A model generated the notes under the pieces. That model worked only from the letters and a program-made list of their open reading frames with translations. It was not told where the DNA came from and ran no database searches. From the NCBI GenBank assembly GCA_951406725.2, contig OX597823.1:83204001-83268000 (forward strand): a stretch of DNA of 64,000 nt, given 5' to 3'. A program made the position numbers and the translations under genes. Shown piece after piece: positions 58,070 through 64,000 of the stretch (positions are counted from its first letter, which is position 1; each line of letters begins with the position of its first letter). This stretch comes from Octopus vulgaris (lineage: Eukaryota).

Positions 58070-58310
58070 TCCCAGTCATTGGATCGCAGCCATGCTGGAG
58101 CACTTCCTTCGATAGTCTGGTCATAGAATTCGGCCCCGGAACATTTTATTTAAGTCCGGTACTTATTCGATTGATCCCTTTTGGCCGAGCGCTAAGTTAT
58201 GGGGACATGAACAAACTAATACAGATTGTAAAACGGTCGTGGGGAACAAACATGAGCGCAAATATACACACATATATAGATAAAAGCAAAACGCTTCCAC
58301 ACAGTTACCG
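58070..58310 (-). mobile_element. SINE family B, old partial copy
   Basis: GCAGCCATGCTGGAGCAC..GCTAAGTTATGGGGAC. Confidence 0.72.
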
Positions 58311-58869
58311 AGTAAAGTTGAATGGTCGTTGGTGCGGCAGTTTAGGCCACACGGCAACACATTCAACAACAACAGCAATAACAGTATAAATTAGCATAGA
58401 ATTTATATTTCTATATACTGAGTTCAGAGTTTGCCAGACTGATATTGCTGCTTATGAAGAAAAAAAGCTACAAGCTAATGAGACTAGTTCTAATTAGATT
58501 GTTATTAGTCGCCGCATTAATTATGTTGACAGTTGTTGATTTTATGACTAATGTAATTAACAGCTTGTGTAATAACTTTCTTTTCTAATAAACTAATTCG
58601 TCCTGTTATTTATGTACATCATTGTACATCTATATAGTTCTCATTAATACTTCTGTAATTACTGTGAAGTTTTATACTTCACTGAGGAGGTTTCATAGGA
58701 CAGAAATGTATCCAAAACTGTCTTCCGTACGTACTGAAATGATTATATGAATATTGACCATTTCCTCAACACGTAAATGTATTTCTTAAAAGATACGTGG
58801 CATTCACTACATTAAATATACTGACACGAACATTAATTAAATACATTTACACTAACTTCACGTAATTCA

Positions 58870-60150
58870 AATATATCACAGTATATAAACATTAATTATG
58901 ACACAGAACAATTTTAATCTAATGCTGCTCCTGTTGAACATAAAGGATTTATATTCAGACATCCAGTGAATTGCAGCGTCAATGATTTTCCAATCATTGT
59001 TTTCCTATATTAGTGACAACGTATTTTGTTTTAGTATTCAGTTACCAATGCGTGCATGCTACTGACAAAGACCAAAGAAGCGAGAATAAGTATCTAATAT
59101 TCTCACCATCGCTGCTTGGCGATTTTCGTTTGTTTCTGATATGATTGTGTTACTTCAACACAGAACGTCTTCTAAAGTTATTATTCCCAGACGAATACCC
59201 CCGTTGATTTGGTTTATCGTGATGTGTTTGCATTAAGTATGATACGCAGCTGGCTTTTTTAGTTTAATGCTGATTCTATTGCACACAATGGATTTTTATT
59301 CAGCCGGCCAGCTGAATACAACAACAGTAAGTCTTCAATTTTAGATGAGCAAAAATATGCTCCTTACATTCTTACTACAACTGGTGGCTGATATTCGTCT
59401 AATACTGATATATCTGTTACTTTAACACAGTACGCCCATAAGAGATATTATTTTTCAAATACTATCGCAGTTTAGTTTTTCGAGATGCATTTACATTAAA
59501 TATGATACACCGCTGGCTATTTTAATCTAAAACTGATTCTGTTGCATATAACAGATTTTATTCAGCTGGCTGGCTAATTGCTACATCAGGGATTTTTTCA
59601 GTCATTGTTTTCTTATATCAGTGATGACGGATTTTGTCATAGCATTAGGTCACCAGTGAATACCTACTATTGACGAAGCCCAAAGTGGCAGAAATGTGCA
59701 TTTAGCAATACAACCACCACTACAGGGCGAATTTCCTCTGCTACAGATATATTTTTGTATTTTTGAATACAGTACGTCCAAAAGATATATTATCGGTGGA
59801 TGAATATCGCAGTTAATTTTTACTTTTAGTGTTGTACTTGCATTATCTATGATACACAAATGACTCTTTTAATCTAATATTCCTTCTCTTGCACATAATG
59901 AATTTTTGTTCAGCCAGCCGGCAAATTGCAACAGCAGTGATTTTTCAATTTTAGAAGCACGGAAATGCGCATCTAACTCTCACAAACCTATTATTACTGG
60001 GCGATTTTCGACTACTACTTATCCATTTGCATTTTTAACACTGTACGTCCATTAGAGATATTACCTCAGAATGAATACTGCAGTATGCTAACTTTCCACG
60101 CCGTATTTGCATTAAGTATGATACACAGCTGCCTATTCTAACTTATACTG
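58870..60150 (+). repeat. Diverged tandem repeat with alternating long and short units
   Basis: CATTA..TATGA.AC anchor at 58890, 59231, 59494, 59841 and 60110. Confidence 0.88.
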
Positions 60151-60464
60151 TTTGTAGCTTTAAATCTAATGTAATAAGGACCTAATATAATAATACTTTC
60201 TAATCAATTAACTCGAAATATTAGCCGTGTTGACTAAGCAAGACATCATTGTATTGCACAATATGAAAACACAGCTCTGCTACAGTTTAATAATGTATAA
60301 AACACAGCACAATAGAACTTGCTTTTCAATAAGACATATTGGCAAATAGGTTGCAGAATAAAGCTTCCATACAATATTATATATACATAAAGACTAATGT
60401 AAATGGGTAATATATGTGTTTTTGCGTTTCTATGTGCGGTTGCATAATGATGTATATGCTCATG

Positions 60465-60475
60465 CGTACATATAC

Positions 60476-60533
<58 letters not shown>

Positions 60534-60571
60534 GCATATATATATATGCATATCTAGATAATATGTATATA

Positions 60572-60633
<62 letters not shown>

Positions 60634-60664
60634 TAGGTCTGTATGTATATATATGCATAGATAG

Positions 60665-60710
<46 letters not shown>

Positions 60711-60882
60711 GCTATATAATATATATGTATGTATATGTATATTTATTCATATATATGCATATATACGAATATATGTGCAAATAAATACAAAAAATATGTA
60801 TGCATATGTATATGTCCACTAAAGCAATTAGCATTATTTGTACAACTGTGCGCATGGGTGCATATTTATATATACATTCGTA

Positions 60883-60943
<61 letters not shown>

Positions 60944-61276
60944 GTATATAGGTATGTATATAGACAGATAGACATGATTATTTACATCTATATATAGATT
61001 TACATTTATATATGCATTTATATATACAGGCGCACTAACACACGTACATACACAAACATAGTTAAATACCTTGGACTATATACAGATCTATATAAAAGCA
61101 TTCACATAACTGTGCATATATATACATACAGAGACTAGATAGATAGAAAGATAGATAGATTGATTGATTGATAAATAGATATGTATGCATATATATATGT
61201 AGCAAATCAGATATGTTTACATAAATATATACATATACAAATGTATTCATACATGCATTCATACATATATATATAT

Positions 61277-61325
<49 letters not shown>

Positions 61326-61410
61326 CATACATACATACATACATACATACATACATACATACATACATACATACATACATACATACATACATACATACAT
61401 ACATACATGC
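60465..61410. repeat. Compound (TA)/(TG)/(CATA) microsatellite region
   Basis: Directly visible. Confidence 0.92.
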
Positions 61411-61899
61411 ATGCATATACGTGCTCACAAAGATACATATACTCTTAATGCATAGCTGCTATTTGACTGAAATGATTCGGAATGCAGGGTAGAGAATACG
61501 GGGTAGAGAATACGGGTGGTTTATGGCGAACGTGATCATGATAACCAATTCCATTATGATAAACATGACATCAGCTTCTGCAGTATTGATTCCATCGACA
61601 GTAATCAAATTGATTTTGCCGTCGTGATGAAAAATGTTGGAACTGGTTAATTTGATGTTTACCATTCTATTAATACCACTGTTAATACCCGAAACCAGAT
61701 AGGGCGCCTTCATCGGGTAGTTCGACATGGTAGAAATAATCACTAAAATACCCTCGAATTACATTCTCCCAGTTAAGTAATTCTTCCGGATTTTTGTACA
61801 AGGCCAGCAATTTTGAGGGAAGACAGCAAGTCGATTTCATAGATCCTAGTACTTGACTGGTACTGGTACTGTATTTTATCCACAAATAAAGACCCCCTT

Positions 61900-62181
61900 T
61901 ATGGGATTGCACCTAGAAAGTTCTCTTTCGAGTCACAAGTCCGGTCAAGGTTGTTTATAGAAAACGAGCAGTCACCCATTCATAACAGTCTCCCCTCTCC
62001 ACGCCATTGATGTTGTCCAAGGAAAGGCAAAGGGGCCGATACAGCTTGGTACCAGTGACGTCGCAGCTCATTTCTACAGTTTAGTGAACTGGCGCAACAT
62101 GAATAAACTGTCTTGCTCAAGAACACAGGCACACAGCTCGATTCTACGCTCGACGCTCTAACCAATGAGCCATACCTTCAC
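61900..62181 (-). mobile_element. SINE family D (preceded by a family A tail at about 61790-61880)
   Basis: ATGGGATTGCACCTAGAAAG..GGCCGATACAGCTTGG, as at 11240. Confidence 0.85.
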
Positions 62182-62449
62182 AATTTACAAATAATATAAT
62201 GCCTTACATTATTTAATCACCGTGAAATATTTTTGTTAACTATCTAAATAAAAAATTTTCCCTACAAAGATGAAATGAACGTTGAAATTTCATCCACGTG
62301 TCAGTCATTTGCAATGAGTGGATGACATCAAAATCATAGCAGTAGTGAGCCACCCTGGTGGCCGATCGTGGTTACACAAAGCTTCTCAATTAGAAATATG
62401 AGGTTTAGATTTTCTGAAGCAATAACTTTTACAGTTGATATGAATAAAG

Positions 62450-62765
62450 ATAAATTTGAGATACAGTATTCCCATAATGCAGTTTATTTACGGTAAATTT
62501 ATGGTTTCAGATTTTATTCTGGTATATTGTCACAATAATGTATTTATTTGCACAGAATCCTACATTTTCCTCAACAAAACCACTTAAAAATATCAAGCAA
62601 ACTGTCTACGATGAAGCATAGTAAATTTGTTGAAATGCGGTACTCCCACAGCGTAGTTTATTTAAGATAAATTTATCGCTTCATACTTTATTCCCGCATA
62701 ATCTCACAATTTTGTATTTACATTCGCAGAATCATATATTTCCCCAACAAAAACACTAAAATATC
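62450..62765 (+). repeat. Diverged tandem duplication of about 175 bp
   Basis: GTA.TCCCA.A...AGTTTATTTA..TAAATTTAT..CAGAATC..CAACAAAA occurs twice. Confidence 0.8.
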
Positions 62766-62769
62766 TTTA

Positions 62770-63407
62770 TCTTTTATATCTTATGTTTCAGTAATGTTTC
62801 GGCCATACTGGGGCACCACCTGAAGTATTTTTAGTCAAATGAATCGATCCCAGTACTGTTATTGACTTTTTTTATATTTTAAGCTTGGTATTTATTCTAT
62901 CGGTCTGCTAAATTACGGAGACGAAAACAAACTAATACCGGTTGTCAAGCGGTGGTGTGAGACAAACACACACACATACATACATATACACACTGACACA
63001 AACACGCAGACACACACACACAGACACAAACATATGTGCGTTGGGTGTGTGTGAGTGCGTGCGGGTGTGTGTGAGTGCGTGTGGGTGTGTGTGTATAAAT
63101 ATACACGACGGGCTTCTTTCAGTTTCCGTCTGCCTAATCAACTCACAAAGATTTGATCGTTCCGATGATATAATAGAAGACACTTGCCCAATCTCACCAC
63201 ACAGCCTCACCTGCGCCTCCTTTATTCTCTTTCTCTCTCTTTCTCTTTTACTTGTTTCAGTCATTTGACTGCGGCCATGCTGGAGCACCGCCTTTAGTCG
63301 AGCAATTCGACCCCAGGACCTATTCTTCGGAATCCTAGTACTTATTCTATCGCTCTTTTGCCGAACCGCTAAGTTACGGGAACGTAAATTTACAGACAGA
63401 CAAACAT

Positions 63408-63480
<73 letters not shown>

Positions 63481-63602
63481 TACGACGGACATCTTTAAAT
63501 TTCCGTCTACCAAATCCACTCACAAGGACTTGTTCGGCCTGAGGCTATAGTAGAAGACACTTGCCCACGGTGCCATGCAGTAGGAATGAACTCGAAACCA
63601 TG
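62770..63602 (-). mobile_element. Two SINE family B copies (62770-63215 and 63240-63602)
   Basis: Tail and head motifs each occur twice. Confidence 0.88.
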
Positions 63603-64000
63603 AAACATATTAAATTCGTTCTCTCCATAAAATATGCTTGCAAAACATATTATAAACGTATAATGCACGAATGCTTTTCGTACGCCCACAAATATTTCTA
63701 GCTGTTTGTTTATATCAGTGTTTATGTGGCAATTTCGTTAGTAATTTGTGAAATGATGGTGTTATTTTTTTCGCTAGATTTAGGTAGAGTGCTAATGGCG
63801 GTAGAGATGGTGATGGCGGTGATGGTAGCTGTAATGGCGTTGTTGTTCTGGTAGCATTTCTGTTGGTTGATTGTGTGACAATTGGTCGTGCTTTGGATTG
63901 TTTTCTGTCCATGGTAATGGTCACATTGGTGGTGATGGTGGTGGTGGTGGTGGCGGCGGCGTTGGTGTTTTGAGCAGTATTTTATGTTCGTTGTCTCAGA

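Noticed and set aside
58870-60150. CRISPR-like array or repeat-protein exon
   Set aside because: Whole units are homologous, with no short constant repeat and unique spacers. There are no cas genes, the context is eukaryotic, and the frames contain stops.
61459-61743. 94-aa non-repetitive ORF as a host exon
   Set aside because: No recognisable domain in this or the opposite frame, and no convincing splice context.

Overview
AT-rich, microsatellite-saturated animal genomic DNA. It is most likely from an octopus or other coleoid cephalopod, which I infer from the tRNA-derived SINE families and repeat landscape. I recognise no intact host protein-coding gene, so the window looks intergenic or intronic, and almost all ORFs in the track are translations of microsatellites or SINEs. 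It is a layered transposon graveyard. There are several dozen copies of four or more tRNA-derived SINE families, a full-length decayed DD37D (maT) Tc1/mariner element, other mariner remnants and MITEs, piggyBac-type and Merlin/Mutator-type MITEs, a non-autonomous Helitron, RTE and HERO LINE fragments, and a Neptune-type Penelope GIY-YIG remnant that the ORF track missed. The most notable signal is a set of minimal hammerhead-ribozyme motifs. These include two copies of a tRNA-headed SINE-like element ending in a Penelope-type hammerhead, one of them with an inverted terminal duplication and a target-site duplication (TSD). Also notable are an RTE insertion with twin-priming geometry and a diverged satellite with alternating long and short units. 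All calls were made by eye, so family names and boundaries are approximate.
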